Under the pieces are notes generated by a model. The model saw only the letters and a list, made by a program, of their open reading frames with translations, was not told where the DNA came from and made no database searches. A program made the position numbers and the translations under genes. DNA of 63,572 bases, the filler included. It is 9 parts of 9 records of this genome, joined end to end, with 100 filler letters (N's around TTAATTAATTAA, not from the genome) between each part and the next. Parts side by side here need not be neighbours in the genome. Positions count along the whole stretch, not along the records: positions 57,712 to 63,572 come from SRR31156797_97556; 8 more parts are not named here. One strand, given 5' to 3'. This document shows positions 63,372-63,572 of this stretch, piece by piece. Each line of letters opens with the position of its first letter. The stretch's first letter is position 1.

Positions 63372-63572
63372 ATGGAAGAGCGAACAGGTCTGGTAACACT
63401 CAAGGGCGGTCCTGTGACCCTGCTGGGCCCGGAAATCAAGGCCGGTCAGCCGGCACCGAATGTCGAACTCGTAGCCAACGATCTCTCGACAGTTCAACTG
63501 TCCTCGTTTAAGGGAAAGGTCTGTGTCGTGCTTGCGGTGCCGTCTCTGGACACGCCCGTTTGCGATACGGAG
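63372..63572 (+). CDS. tpx: Thiol peroxidase (atypical 2-Cys peroxiredoxin), 3'-truncated
   Basis: Manual translation MEERTGLVTLKGGPVTLLG...VPSLDTPVCDTE; AAGGAGA RBS. Absent from the supplied ORF track. Confidence 0.92.
   Translation, partial: MEERTGLVTLKGGPVTLLGPEIKAGQPAPNVELVANDLSTVQLSSFKGKVCVVLAVPSLDTPVCDTE

Noticed and set aside
63189..63572. ATG at 63189 in frame with tpx through a single TGA (63249-63251), suggesting selenocysteine readthrough
   Set aside because: The frame relationship is real, but tpx has its own strong RBS and a normal N-terminus. The extension resembles no protein I know and lacks an RBS, and the TGA is not in a redox motif. Likely chance in GC-rich DNA.

Overview
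This window is not one chromosome segment. It holds nine unrelated contigs joined by eight identical 100-nt spacers (N44-TTAATTAATTAA-N44, stops in all six frames), so gene order means nothing across a spacer. Taxonomic labels below are impressions from protein style, gene order and GC, not database results. (1) 1-8757, spirochaete-like: gltX-glyQS-tyrS, plus two modules of a multi-TM DNA-binding regulator followed by an orphan lipoprotein. (2) 8858-13866, Desulfobacterota-like: exbB-exbD-tonB, a DUF4015-like glycoside hydrolase, an HxlR regulator and a sigma-54 activator. (3) 13967-19660, Desulfovibrionales-like: a tRNA 3' end, a Cache-type class III adenylate cyclase, an orphan solute-binding protein and an MCP. 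(4) 19761-35615, Desulfobacterota-like housekeeping: DUF2142-like, cobA/hemD, hemC, ispD, SPFH/NfeD, UDG, coaBC, phoR/phoB-like, Lys-type serA, acyl-CoA ligase and a PAS kinase. (5) 35716-40914, Bacteroidota: sprA and ruvA. (6) 41015-46646, Desulfobacterales-like: uvrB, uvrC, mdh, a hypothetical gene and mglA. (7) 46747-52096, Bacteroidota: korAB, a CxxCH-bearing PD40 lipoprotein and a DUF6057-like protein. (8) 52197-57611, Desulfovibrionales-like: a six-gene TonB2/Ttp-type operon with Fur-like boxes, ending at a tRNA-Arg(CCG) 3' fragment (probable att site). (9) 57712-63572, Planctomycetota-like: Tat Gfo/Idh/MocA, LamG, a Tat aldo-keto reductase lacking the catalytic tetrad, a tetraheme cytochrome c, and perR-rbr-tpx. 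No CRISPR array, rRNA, intact tRNA, integrase or transposase gene was seen. The best candidates for poorly described systems are the regulator/lipoprotein modules (contig 1), the exported redox cluster (contig 9), the cyclase/binding-protein pair (contig 3) and the MglB-less MglA with its upstream partner (contig 6). All four are hypotheses.
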